A stretch of 64,000 bases of DNA from assembly GCA_964016885.1 (NCBI GenBank), contig OZ024743.1, positions 14,446,001 through 14,510,000 of the forward strand, read 5' to 3'. Position numbers and translations under genes: made by a program. The DNA is from Eledone cirrhosa (lineage: Eukaryota). Under the pieces are notes generated by a model. That model was given only the letters and a program-made list of their open reading frames with translations, ran no database searches and had not been told where the DNA came from. Position 1 is the first letter of the stretch. Each line of letters begins with the position of its first letter. Shown here in pieces: positions 14,905 through 27,759 of the stretch.

Positions 14905-15120
14905 TCGAAATATATATAGCAGTAAATAAAGGATTATGAGTTCATGCAATTGACTTATGTTTCGTGTCCTACACGAGTGAAAGTATAAAGAAAAAAAGAT
15001 GAACCTACTTTTGAAAAGCAGAAGAACTGCGAAACCGGTAAAGGTAACAAATAAGTATATATATATTTTTTTTAAATAAGACTGTAGTTGCATTTTCGAT
15101 TTCATATTTTTTTCTTTATA
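14905..15120. mobile_element. Short PLE-type inverted element with degenerate hammerhead (15008-15043); same family as 50815-50990
   Basis: ctt-TTGAAAA-gcag aagaa ctgc-GAAA-ccgg-TA-aag; shares taaataagac...gttgcattttcgatttcat and tatactttcactcgtgtaggacac with 50880-50950. Confidence 0.6.
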
Positions 15121-15181
15121 TATATATATATATATATATAAACTATATATATATATATATATACTCTCAGCAGTTTTCTTC

Positions 15182-15315
<134 letters not shown>

Positions 15316-15333
15316 GGAGAGAAAAACTATATA

Positions 15334-15363
<30 letters not shown>

Positions 15364-15365
<2 letters not shown>

Positions 15366-15560
15366 ACGAAGGAAATGTGATAAGGAACCAGGTGGACCAT
15401 AACGCACCAAGGTACTCAATACTTAGGGTAGTAGAGTGGGTAATAGGAACGAGTAGGACCCCGACGGCTGAGCTCAAGCCGTTTCGACGGCTAAATTTTT
15501 AGTCCAGAATTAGCCGTCGAAACGGCTTGAGCTCAGCCGTCGGTGTCCTACTCGTTCCTA
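15364..15560 (-). mobile_element. ~200-bp fold-back PLE-type element, family F1 (copy 1)
   Basis: ~55-bp inverted arms plus 78-nt tail; arms carry the 3' half of a hammerhead (GAAA-cggct..agccg-TC); (TA)n flanks; further copies at 46357, 51011, 53755, 60303. Confidence 0.85.
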
Positions 15561-16209
15561 TATATATATATATATATATATAAAACTGAGGATGTCTGTC
15601 TGTGTGTCTGTGGGTTTGAATCCCTAAAACTCAAGAAGTACCCAACCGATTTACTTCAAACGTTATATGTGTATTATCCATGTTTCAGGAAGTATAATGC
15701 ACATAAAGAAATTCAACTCTTTGCTCCCATAGGGCTCGCATTATGTGAAAACCTGCGTTTTTACAGCTTTTTAGGTTTTTTTAGGCGTTCTGTCAGACCG
15801 ATTTCCTTGAAATTGTAACTATGTATTTTTCGCTCTCTTCTTCACACCGTTAGCAAAGAAAATCCAACTTGTTTATGGCCTAGGGTTCGCATTTGGTGAA
15901 AAATTTCATTTTTACAGCTTTTTAGGGATTTTTTGAGGCGTTACGTCTAGCCTACTTTCCCGAAATGTCAAAGCATATTATGCACATAAAAGAAATTCAT
16001 TTTCTTGATCCCCTAGGGACCGCATTAGTTGAAAACCTACATTTTTTCCTGCTTCATTGAGGAAAATCTTAAAGATTATCCAGACATCAAATTATTCGGT
16101 TTATTTTCTTTACATATTGTCCAGACATGCAGTTTTTCCAGGATTAGGTCTGTTGGCGGCCCTCGTTCCAAAATACCTTATCCCATGCAACGCCAGGTAC
16201 CACTGCTAG
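15560..16209 (+). mobile_element. Non-autonomous Helitron
   Basis: 5' ..ctatatatataaaactgaggatgtctgtctgtgtgtctgt and accgatttacttcaaac; 3' subterminal cccatgcaacgccagg then CTAG|T; three internal degenerate ~150-bp repeats. Confidence 0.72.
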
Positions 16210-17320
16210 TATATATATAATGATCATTTTTTAAAAGATGTTAGGTGGTTACTGTTTTATTATTAATCATATTGGCAACACATGATTCGTTTACAATTCC
16301 TTGAATCTTTGATATTTCTATTTATATGCCCCAACCACATTCCACTACATATCTTCCAAATCATATTGATTTGCTCTGGAAGTCTTTCGTGAAACGAAAA
16401 TAACCGTACTAAAATACGGTTTCAAAGCTCTTAATCATTATTACGTGTTCATTTTAATCTCATAAAATCTGTAAAAATACAGTAATGAGTAAAAAAATAA
16501 GAAAGATAATTGTAAAAAGACTAATTGAAGATATAAATTTAATTAGCAGTGGTATAAGAGATTGATAGATCATGCAGACAAATGCATATCCATTGTTAAT
16601 ATCACACCAGACGTTTTTAGTTGCTAATGTGGTTTGAAGAGAAATATTGTATTTGAGTTCTGGTTCTATTTGTTGTTCGATTCTTCTATGAAAAATTACT
16701 GACAGGTGTTTAGCTTGAAACTAATTAAATTTAGTTGAACATCGAAATATATTGGACAGATTTTCTACAGCAGCAATCCAGTGAATTCTATACCTTATTT
16801 GTAAGAAATAAGAGCATATTGTAGGTAACAATAGAACTATTTTCAATAATGATTATGACATTTTTGAAAACATTTGCATTTTTATTGTTGTAAATATTTC
16901 AAGGAATTTGCACTGTAGTCATTATTATTGTGGTTATTTTGTACTATTGTTAATTTCCTGATATCTTCTACGTAAGAAAAAGGACATCACTATCTATTGA
17001 TATTGATATTAGAAGCCTTCTGTTTCTAATTATAATAGCTCTTTTAGTAATCTCGTATTTTCTTTTTCTCCGACTCGTCTTGTTATTGTGTATATCTTTG
17101 TTACTGATATTGCGGCATTTATGTTTTTGTCAAATTTGCTATTTATTTTTTTTTTCATTCATAGCAAGTATAACTAGCCTATCTACATGATTTTATGTTG
17201 ATTAAAATATTTCATCTATCTGTTAAACATGATTTACTCGTTTCATTACTTAGTCACCTTTTCATATTACTTAAGTATAAATTTCCGAATGTTTCGTGGA
17301 AAAAATAACGAAGAAATAAC

Positions 17321-17366
<46 letters not shown>

Positions 17367-17883
17367 ATTTATATATATGTCTGTGTGTCCATCTACCTAC
17401 CTACATATGTATATATATGTCTTTCTCCCCCCACTCTCTCTATCTATCTAGCTATCTCTCTGTCTCACTCTTTATCTATCTCAGTCTCTTTCTTTGTTTC
17501 TTTTCTTTCACTCAATTTCACTGTCAACTCTATCAATAAATTGTAAGATGAAAATGTCCAAAGGTTTATATACAAATACCGTCTCGCTGTTTGAATATGT
17601 TATGTGAGGAGACTTTACAGGCAAACGAATATCCCCGACGTTCCAAGATCGAATCTCCAATTACGTATTATCAAGCGATAGAAAAAAACAAGGAAGATAT
17701 GCCTTGGTTGATACAACATTTTAAAATCAACTAATACAATGCAATGAGAGAGGAATTGTTTTTTGTAAACTGCTGAAGGAAACGCGTTACGTTTTATTAT
17801 AAAACGCGTTTTATTATAAAACGCGTTATATTTTATTAATATATATAAAGAGTTACAAACCGTTAAAACATATCTTTATATAA

Positions 17884-17922
17884 CTCTTACACGTGTTTCG
17901 CCCAAGGGGGCTCATCGGAGGC
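17884..17922 (-). ncRNA. Minimal hammerhead with one core mismatch
   Basis: cct-CCGATGA-gccc cctt gggc-GAAA-cacgtg-TA-agag on the minus strand. Confidence 0.6.
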
Positions 17923-18068
17923 AGATATTCATAAGCAAATATACTGTAACCTATTATTATATATACATATATATATATAATCGGCGCAGATTACTTTTAA
18001 CTTACATGTATCACTTTCACTAATCCTCTAAGGAAATCACATATATAAAACTTTGATGTAAGATTTAC

Positions 18069-18451
18069 TGTAACCTCTGTCATTTGACCCTTTTATAATT
18101 CGTGTTGGTTCAGTGGTGGTGGTCAAATTTTGGTTGGCGACTGCGGAGGTGGTGGTGGTGGTGTTTGTACTATTGATGAGGTTTTTGTTAAATTCTATCT
18201 GGTAGTTCCTACTGCTGTCGTCGGGGTCAAAAGTAGTTGGTGTGACAAATGTAATGTTGGCAGTGACGTTCTTGTTCTGATCTTTGTCGTGCGTTACACC
18301 TTTGTTCTTCCCAGGGACGTCACTTCAGGATCCGCAATATTTAAACCTTTAATTTGGGAGACGAAACAACAAAATCAATGCAGATTTTGCTCTTTGGTGG
18401 GTTGAGATACGAGAGACACCACCATCTTCTTGGTTGAACGTAGGTAAAGAC
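18069..18451 (-). other. Possible host exon or exon relic with Thr/Asn-rich reading frame
   Basis: Polypyrimidine tract + TAG acceptor before 18451, GTAAAT donor after 18069, raised GC; frame SDVPGKNKG...NVTANITFVTPTT...NSTNTTTTTSAVANQNLTTTTEP, but two upstream in-frame stops. Confidence 0.3.
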
Positions 18452-18589
18452 ACCTACAAAATCTCTAAGCAAAAACAAGTTTCAGAAACAGGTGGAAATC
18501 AACAAAAACATACAATAAAAAGCACGTGGCGCACAGTTCAGAAAGATCAACAACTATAATGTTTTTTTTTATTTAAGCAGACGGCCAAT

Positions 18590-18776
18590 AATTTTCGGTG
18601 TGAGGAAAGTAAATTAAGTAGGCCCCAGTGATTTACAGGTACTTTATATTTTTAACCACATAAGGTAGAAAAGCAAAGCTACTCACAGCGGGATTTGATC
18701 TTAGAAGCAAAGACCCATAACCACATGCCAAATGCATGGTGGACGACGCTCTATCGATAATACCAATCCACTGCCT
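18590..18776 (-). mobile_element. Old diverged SINE
   Basis: Minus strand has ggcagtggattggtattatcgatagagcgtcg, gatcaaatcccgctg, gcttttctacctt, taaagtacctg resembling the 22051 SINE. Confidence 0.6.
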
Positions 18777-19579
18777 TACAATAATGATCATAACGAGTTT
18801 GATCTCAATGCGTGCCTAGATTTGAACAAAAGAGAGAATATTACACATACATGATCTAGTTACATTTTGCTATCACAACCGGCCTATATAATTTGCGTCA
18901 CCAATCACATTGTTGAAGATAAAAGGTGGGTTGTTAAAGAGAAACATTCATAAGGTTGATCGCTCTACTATCAGTGCAAGTGTGGAAGCCATTGTAATAG
19001 CTACGTCTATAGAAAAATAACTAATAAACACGAGAATATATTGTTTTGACATATTTTAGTTCTACTCTGTATGTGAAATGTAGTTTATTGTGAAGCACAT
19101 TTGACTATCCAGAATTTGACATCTGTATATAACTCTTCTGTTATCTCTATGCGCGCAACACTGTGTCAGTAACATTTCAAGGTAGTCAACCACGAACCTA
19201 ATGGATTATTATATATTAAAATATATGGCTATAGTTATTAAACTTTAAATATTAAACTGCATAAATATCTTAAATACAATATATATGCAGCTTTATTACG
19301 ATTTCCAATAGATTTCGCTTTCTCGTGAATAGAGTATTGCGCCTAAACCTGCAGTATGAAACGTTCGCCTATTAGTTATTACTATGCTTCAGCCAAGATA
19401 TAGGAATTATAATTAAATAGTACATTAGAGTTTCTTCTCACGCACATAATGTCGTTGATAACCTTAATCATCATTCGTATGCTAATACAGGTTCATATCT
19501 TAAACAACAATATGACAAGTAATTAAAAGTGTGAATGAGGAGATTTAATTAAACAGACCGATTATATACATACACACAC

Positions 19580-19641
<62 letters not shown>

Positions 19642-19652
19642 TCATGTGTGTG

Positions 19653-19859
<207 letters not shown>

Positions 19860-21398
19860 GTATATGTATACATATATACATACATATATACATATATGTG
19901 CGTGCTTGTGCTTGTATGCGTTTCCATGTCTGTATCTGTGCGTGTATTACTTATATTCCTATGCTGCACTTGACAAGAGCGAGAAACACTGCTATGATTT
20001 TTAAATAAATTGAAATAATCGGTTTAAATGCGCAGATTTACATTTTCATTTCGCAATGATAATCACACAACATAGTTCATTTTCTTCTAATACAGTATGA
20101 ATGACGTCAATTTTTTTATCTTTGAAATGATTAAAAATGACATTTTCTAAATTGAAATAATAAAATACTGAAATCAAAAGTACGACAGTTCTGATAGACA
20201 GCATATTCTATTAATATGTTTAACATGTTTGCAATGACTATAAAAATACATGTGATGCAAATACAAAGTATTAATGCTTTCACAACTTTATTATTCACTG
20301 TGTCACACGGAAGAAGGAATTTCTACAAGAAAAGTTAAATCGAAATTCAATAGCAAAATATCTGTAATGGCAGCTTATATCTTGTTCTGTTAGGTGGAGG
20401 ATTAAATATCTTAGCTGACAGAATACAGGTGAAGGCAAGACTGAAGATTATTATTGTACCATTTTCTCTCGACAAACTAAAATGGCTTCATTATCCATGG
20501 TATGAAGTAGCTCTTACTCAAAGGAAAATATTCATACTCATATATTTTCAGATTTAAGCTCACAGATAATTGATGTACCGATCCAAATATTTAAACCGTT
20601 ATTTCATTGAACATGGCTAATTGATAATTTATTGAGTGTTACCGAATCTCATAAAATTCTAAGAGATAAATTGCACTGATAATGATACTGATAAAGAAAA
20701 ATGGCTACAGTTTGGGATTTAGCTTGATGATTGGTTTATGTTAATCATACACGTAGAATTGTACTTTATTTATATGTTTACTTTCTTAGTTAAAACATTT
20801 ATGATTGAAAAATACATAAACTCATTCATTTTACCTAGCCTTTTAAAGGAAAATTAAGAAAATATACCTTTTATTATAGAGTCTACATAACTATCAGAAA
20901 AATTGTCATCGCTGATTTAAAACGTACAGAATTAGACATTAATATTATTTACCATTAGACGTTTTCAGATAAGTCTATTATCATCAATTCTAAAGAAAGA
21001 TAATATTAGGGAATTGTAGCGAATAGAAAATGGTAACAAAGCTTCCGAAAGCAATTTGTTTAGATGTCCCTGGTTGTTCTTGAAATTGTCTTCGATAAAA
21101 ACGCACACACACACACGCCCCCCCCCCCCCACACACACACATACATATATATACACCATAATATTTCATGACGTTTTCCGTTCTATATCTTTAAGCTCGG
21201 TATCTTGGTCTCTGTTTCCCAGACGTAGTTTCCGTATTTTCTCTAATCTTTTCATTTTATACGATAATACATTTTCCTATACGATGGAGCGAGTTCATCT
21301 TTTACATTCGTATTTAATAAACGTATAGGTTTTCTTTAACAACACATGTCGATTATTAAAATGTAATCAATTTTACATCTAGGATTTCGCATACATTC

Positions 21399-21662
21399 AT
21401 CCCGCCGAGTTTAACTTTGCCTTTCATCCTTAACGGGGTCGATAAAATAAAGTACCAGTGATGCACTGCGGTAATTGATGGCCTTGTGCCAAAAGTAGAA
21501 ACTATTATTATATTCCTAGAATATAATAATGAATTTATGATCTGAGTTCAAATCCCACCGAGGTTAACTTTGTACTTCATCCTTACAGGGTTGATAAAAT
21601 AAAGTACCACTAATGTACTGGGTATTTGCTGGCCTTGTGCCAAAGGTAGAAACAATTATTAT
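21399..21662 (+). mobile_element. Two tandem 5'-truncated SINE copies (21399-21505, 21541-21662)
   Basis: Both match the B-box, core and tail of 22051-22237; both followed by similar attatattcct.gaat flank, suggesting local duplication. Confidence 0.85.
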
Positions 21663-22050
21663 ATTCCTGGAATTCAAATCCTGCAATTATGGCACAGGTA
21701 CACGATGAGGGTTTATAACACAACTTGATACCTCTCAAGTATTTGTTGCACCCACTTATTGAGAAATGAGTGTCAGAAACATATGCACCAAGGCACAAAA
21801 CTCACTGATATCTAAGTTTTATTACATAACCAGTATCAGCATAGCCGTCAGTAGTCTCATAACGGAGTATATATTTCAAACACAAAACTAACTTGTAATA
21901 TTTGAAATGTTACGCTATATCGCCAACGATTGTGTTCCTTATAAATAAAAAACATTTATATTTCATTATTATTACATATCATCTAACGTTTAATATATCC
22001 ACAATTCAAACACACTAATTCCGTTCTAAGCATATTATGTGGGAAACATA

Positions 22051-22237
22051 GGGCGGTGGATTGGCAGTATCGGTAGAGGGTCGGACGCCATGCTTTGACG
22101 CATAGAGTTACGGACCTTGCTATTCTGAGTTCAAATCCCGCCGAGGTTTACTTTGCCTTTCATCCTTACGGGGTCGATAAAATAAAGTACCAGTAATGCA
22201 CTGGGTAATTGCTGGCCTTGTGCCAAAAGTAGAAACA
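22051..22237 (+). mobile_element. Full-length tRNA-derived SINE with 17-bp TSD
   Basis: A-box-like TGGCAGTATCGG (22062), B-box GTTCAAATCC (22128), GCCTTTCATCCTTACGGGGTCGATAAAATAAAGTACCAG core; TSD attatgtgggaaacata at 22034-22050 and 22238-22254. Confidence 0.93.
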
Positions 22238-24109
22238 ATTATGTGGGAAACATAATTTCAGTCATTAAAATATTATACATATTATTCATTGTTAATTTCT
22301 ATTAACGTAGTAAATTTAGCCGTATCAATTCTCGCCTAATTACCTGTGAGGTGTGAATGTCACAGATGAAGGATAACAATCTATAAACTATATTGTACCA
22401 TTTTCTCCGGCTACTGACATATCTGTTCACAGCTTAAAACGTTCATAACTATATATATTATACATAAATATATCCTGTATGCTTTCATATCCACCTCTGT
22501 TATGAACCTTGCTATGTTAGTGTTACAGCTAATTAAACGTATCCATTCAAGGTGCACTATATGCATACCCAACCGATGGTGTTTAATTCAATATGCAAAT
22601 GAGCCTCCCCACTAAGCGGTTCATTTGCAAACAACACTTCTCTCAGTAGCGGGTAAATGTCTGTCACAGATAAATTATAAATATCCAGAACAGCTGCCTA
22701 GTATTCTTATAGGCAACGGAGATAGCTGTGATATGATCACAGTTTTAAATATTCTTAACGAGACTTTATATAACATAAACAGCGCCTAAATACTTTCTCA
22801 TACACTTCTATTATGAACTTGTTAGTGCTTTTGTTAATTCACCCATTTTAATATTTCATGTTGCCTTAGTATAATTTCAGTATTTAACGTGGTTCAATGC
22901 ATTCCTATAATTTAATGTTTTATTCAATGACATTATTGTATTGATTCACGGTCTCAGTTTAATCTCAATTATTAACATACCTGCTAATTACAGAGCTAGC
23001 CTTTCTTTCTACAATTCAACAAGACTTCCTTAAATTCTTCTGTTTCTAATATTCAATAAACTATTCTAGTATTTAATATTGTATATTGCATTTCTATAAT
23101 TCCATAAGCGCTATTGCACCTTGAGGTTATTTAACATTATATTTGTAGTTCTAATAGCGTGATCTATTGCTTATTCAACGTAATTTCTTCCATTTTAATA
23201 CATTTCCCTTTTTATGCCTCGCATTTAATGAGCTATATTTCATTTGTAATATTCTGTGGTATTAACATTTATTGTATTTCTTCTTACCAGTTCGTAATCT
23301 GTTGAACTGAAATTATAGTCATTGAAGACATTTCTTGCATTTAAGGTGTTTTATTGCTTTCATGGATAGTCAATGTATTATTATTATTTATTTATCGTTT
23401 TCCATTGTATTTCTTGTCTGTAACGTGATTTCTTCCATTTTAGTTTTTAATATAACGCTATTACATTTCTAGCGTTTAATAACTCAAGTAGTTAATTTAA
23501 TCCCGTTTTTTCAGTGTTAGACTTCATTCTTAGCTTTCAGTGGTATTAGCGACATTCACTGTTTTGCCAGTATTGTTAACCTGTCCCTGTTTCGAGGATA
23601 ACTCAATATATTTTTTTTGCAGTTGTATTCTGTTGCGACGCATCAGTATTTGTTTTGTCATCATCTTATAGTTAACGGCACTGGCTGACCCTTCAAGGGG
23701 ACATTGGTGTCTATTACATAATGTGATTTATTGCATGTTTATCATTAGCTGCATATAATGGATTATAATATTTTTTCTTATTATATAAGATATCACGTTA
23801 ACATCAAGAACACGACTTAATTTGTATTTGTAGATGTGTTATTTGCATCAACATTGGCCTATGAGGAAGGACTTGGTTGCTATTATATATATTCTCCATC
23901 CGACTACTATTAGCAAGTTGGTGTTGAATACCTACATATTATAGTGTCACAGTAATTAAAATACAAAACATAATGTAAAGAATAGATATTTACCCGTATA
24001 TGACTTTCATACGCCTGATTGATATATTACAGTTCTTATATCTAAAATGATATATTATATTTCAGCAGCATTTAAATTGATATATTGCTTGGTTCGTATT
24101 GAAATTAAT

Positions 24110-24296
24110 TTTTTCTACTTTTGGAACAAGGCCAGCAATTATCCGAGATTATTACTGGTACTTTACTTTATCGACCCCGTAATGATGAAAGGCAAAGTTA
24201 ACCTCGGCGGGATTTTAACTCAGGACGTGAAGGGCAATATCTCTATGCTGTAAAGCATGGTGTCTGACGCTCTACCGATACTGCCAATTCGCCGCA
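24110..24296 (-). mobile_element. Full-length SINE copy
   Basis: Reverse complement alignable over head, core and tail to 22051-22237. Confidence 0.85.
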
Positions 24297-24929
24297 TATT
24301 ATACCTTTCTACTATTCGCATACACTTTGTATTTATCGTAAAAATTAAAATATATAGATATATGTCTATAGAGTATTAGAGAGTTATATATTTACGGTTA
24401 CACAAACCCTCATATGGAAATGGTTGCGAAAAAATAATGAGTGCTTTAACATTACTTTATACAATGTTGCTTTATAACTTAGCAACATATAATATTGATT
24501 TACATGGTGTCTGAAAGAATGTTAAATGAGATATTCTCAAAATGTCGTGAGGTTTGATGACGTTTGTACACCATTATCCATAATTTATACACGTTTGCAC
24601 TCATAATATGTGAATATCTTATGTGCAAGTATGCAAAGTTTCATTCTAATAAAGAAAAAAAATGACGCAAATGATCGATACAAGATGTATATATGGTATT
24701 TGTGTTCGGATAAATGATACTAAATCGAATTTAATGTGGGAGTCGAAGTCCAACAAGGGAGCATACAGTCACCAATCCTGTATATTTTTTCTCCAACAGG
24801 ATGGTCAAACTCATCCGGGAGGGAAGTGGTGTCACGATTGGCAAGTGTAGAATCAGTCGGCTGGAATATCCAAACGAGTTAATAATACCATGTTCGTGAA
24901 AATAGGAAAAATGGAGAGGTGACCTGTAT

Positions 24930-25080
24930 ACTTTGACGCATAGAGTTACGGCCCTTTCCATTCTCAGTTCAAATCTCGCCGAGGTTAACTTTGCCTGTTC
25001 TTCTTTACGGGGTCGATAAAATAACGTACCAGTAATGTACTGGGTTATTGCTGGCCTTGTGCCAAAAGTAGAAACAACTA
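24930..25080 (+). mobile_element. SINE copy with diverged head
   Basis: ctttgacgcatagagttacgg...gttcaaatctcgccgaggttaactttgcc...aaaagtagaaacaa. Confidence 0.85.
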
Positions 25081-25299
25081 TTTTACTCGTCAGAGGGTGA
25101 TGTGCGGCATGCAATTTATAGATTTGATGCAGTGTGTGACACGGCTGCGCTTCTTCTTCGATTGTGAATACAAGAGGTCGAAATGACATTCCTCTGAGAC
25201 GCCCTTGGAGTAACGTTACTCGACTGAGTGCTTAGCTCGTAGTTAAGAGGGTTTGCCCTTCTAAATATGGCTATTTCACAGAATTGAGAGATCACAGCT

Positions 25300-25559
25300 C
25301 CGATATAAGGGGCATGTCATTAGATTGCCTCAGAAAGGAATTGCTGGACACATTTTACGGGCAAAACCGACCGTTATAGATCCAGGTATAGACTCCGAAC
25401 AAGATGCTTTGATAACATCTATGAGCTCAGCTAGTCTCTGAAAGGACGCGCCGGAAGGAACGTATTGGACTCTTCTCCTGCGGTCTTCACAAGAAGAAGA
25501 AGAAGAAGAAGAAGAAGAAGAAGAAGAAGAAGAAGAAGAAGAAGAAGAAGAAGAAGAAA
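25300..25559 (+). mobile_element. Possible RTE-type LINE 3' remnant ending in (GAA)n (25490-25559)
   Basis: gctggacacattttacgg = AGHILR, typical of RTE C-termini, followed by ~23 GAA units. Confidence 0.35.
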
Positions 25560-26416
25560 GAGCAGCCGTCAGGAAAAATCCCTTCATAGAAAAATCCCTT
25601 CTTTGAGAAAACTGAATTTAGAGATCCACAGACATGGAACTGGTTGAAAAGAGGAGACCTTAAAAAGGCTACAGAACGAATGTTAATGGCTGCGCAGGAG
25701 CAGGCCCTCAAAACGAAGTGGTTGAAACACCACATTTACAAGGAGGAGGCTAACCCACTGTGCAGGATCTGTGGAGAGAGAGAGGAGACTGTGGCTCACA
25801 TTGTATCCGAGTGTAAACACCTAGCCCAGACTCACTATAAGGGCTGGAGACATGATGTGATGGGCAGGGTGATCCACTGGCACCTATGCAAAGTAAACAA
25901 TTTACCACATTCTGAGAAGTGGTATGAGCATAAGCCAGGGTCGGTGATAGAAAACGATCAGATGAAGGTGCTGTTGGATTTTAGGATACAGACGGACAAG
26001 AAACTGGAACACAATAGACCTGACCTGGTGGTTTTGGACAAAGAAAAAAGATCGTGCCTGATTGTGGATGTGGCCTGCCCATTCGACACGAGAGTGCAGG
26101 AGAAGAAGAGGGAGATAATTAACCGATACCAGGACTTAAAGTGGGAGGTAAAAAGGATTTGGAACTGCCATGAAGTCAAAGTTATCCCGATTGTCATAGG
26201 TGCACTAGGGACTATCTCAAAAAGTTTCCAGTGATGGTTAAAGAAAATTGGCCCCTTCACGCTTTTTGGAACGCTTCAAAAGGCATGCTTGCTGGGAACA
26301 GCAAGAACCCTCCGATACGTCCTGAATATCTGAGGCTGCAGGTAGTAGCTTGATATTCATCTCAACAAACTTTCCATTTAACTAACATCAATGACTGAGA
26401 CTCAAAGAGTAATAAC

Positions 26417-26476
<60 letters not shown>
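25559..26476 (+). mobile_element. R4/Dong-type RLE non-LTR retrotransposon, 5'-truncated copy 1, with (TAA)n tail
   Basis: [18 protein letters not shown] zinc knuckle, RPD..D RLE nuclease motif, premature stop at 26234, ~75-nt 3' UTR, (TAA)n. Confidence 0.93.
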
Positions 26477-26477
<1 letters not shown>

Positions 26478-27714
26478 CCATAAGCGCAGTAAATTCCCGA
26501 GCTGTGTCTATTATTAGGTACAGTGCGGGAATTCTGAGATGGAATGTTGCTGAACAAAAAGAAATGGATAGGAAGACTAGGAAGCTATTGACTATCTACA
26601 ACATGTTCCACAAGAGGAGTGATGTCGATAGACTCTACCTAAGGAGATCTGAGGGTGGAAGAGGTCTTATCAGCATAGAGGACTGTGTTCAGATGGAGAA
26701 AAACAACCTATACAAATACGTGACCTATAGTAAGGAGCCAATGCTCAGAGCTGTACTGAAGGAGGGGACAGTAGGCCAGGGGATATCCAAGGAGGAAATA
26801 ACATCAAGGAGGAAGAGCAGCCTTAAGGGAAAATCCCTTCATAGTACCTTCTTTGAGAAAACTGAATTTAGAGATCCACAGACATGGAACTGGTTGAGAA
26901 GAGGAGACCTCAAAAAGGCTACAGAAGGAATGCTAATGGCTGCGCAGGAGCAGGCCCTCAAAACGAAGTGGTTGAAGCACCATATCTACAAGGAGGAGGC
27001 TAGCCCACTGTGCAGGATCTGTGGAGAGAGAGAGGAGACTGTGGCTCACATTGTGTCCGAGTGTAAACACCTAGCCCAGACCCACTATAAGGGCTGGAGA
27101 CACGATGTGATGGGCAGGGTGATCCACTGGCACCTGTGCAAAGTAAACAATCTACCACATTCTGAGAAATGGTATGAGCATAGGCCAGAGGCGGTGATGG
27201 AGAACAGTCAGGTGAAGGTGCTGTGGGATTTTAGGATACAGACGGACAAAAAACTGGAACACAATAGACCTGACCTGGTGGTTGTGGACAAAGAAAAAAG
27301 ATCGTGCCTGATTGTGGATGTGGCCTGCCCGTTCGACACGAGAGTGCAAGAGAAGGAGAGGGAGTAAATTAACCGATACCAGGACCTAAAGTGGGAGGTG
27401 AAAAGGATTTGGAACTGCCATGAAGTCAAAGTGATCCCGATTGTCATAGGCGCACTGGGGACTATCTCCAAAGGTTTCCAGGGATGGTTAAAGAAAATCG
27501 GCCCCTTCACGCTTTTTGGAACGCTTCAAAAGGCATGCTTGCTTGGAACGGCAAGAACCCTCCGATACGTCCTGAATATCTGAGTCTGCAGGTAGTGGCT
27601 TGATATTCAATCCAACGGACTTTCCAGTTAACCAACATCAATGACTGAGATTCAAGGAATAACAATAACAATAATAATAATAATAATAATAATAATAATC
27701 ATAATAATAATAAT
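26474..27714 (+). mobile_element. R4/Dong-type element, 5'-truncated copy 2, with (TAA)n tail
   Basis: Near-identical to 28581-29765; starts at aat microhomology with the previous tail; nonsense codon at 27365-27367. Confidence 0.93.
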
Positions 27715-27759
27715 TAAAAATTTAACATCCCTCCACCCGAAGCTGACGGCCATGTTCCG

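Noticed and set aside
17770-17840. CTGAAGGAAAcgcgTT followed by aaaacgcgttttattat repeats
   Set aside because: No stem II or stem I; better explained as a short palindromic tandem duplication.
22051-22140. tRNA gene
   Set aside because: A/B boxes belong to a SINE head with extended spacing, body, tail and TSD; no cloverleaf.
25218-25232. ACTC-gact-GAGT-GCT resembling the conserved hairpin
   Set aside because: No upper stem, no upstream hammerhead and no (TA)n boundary.
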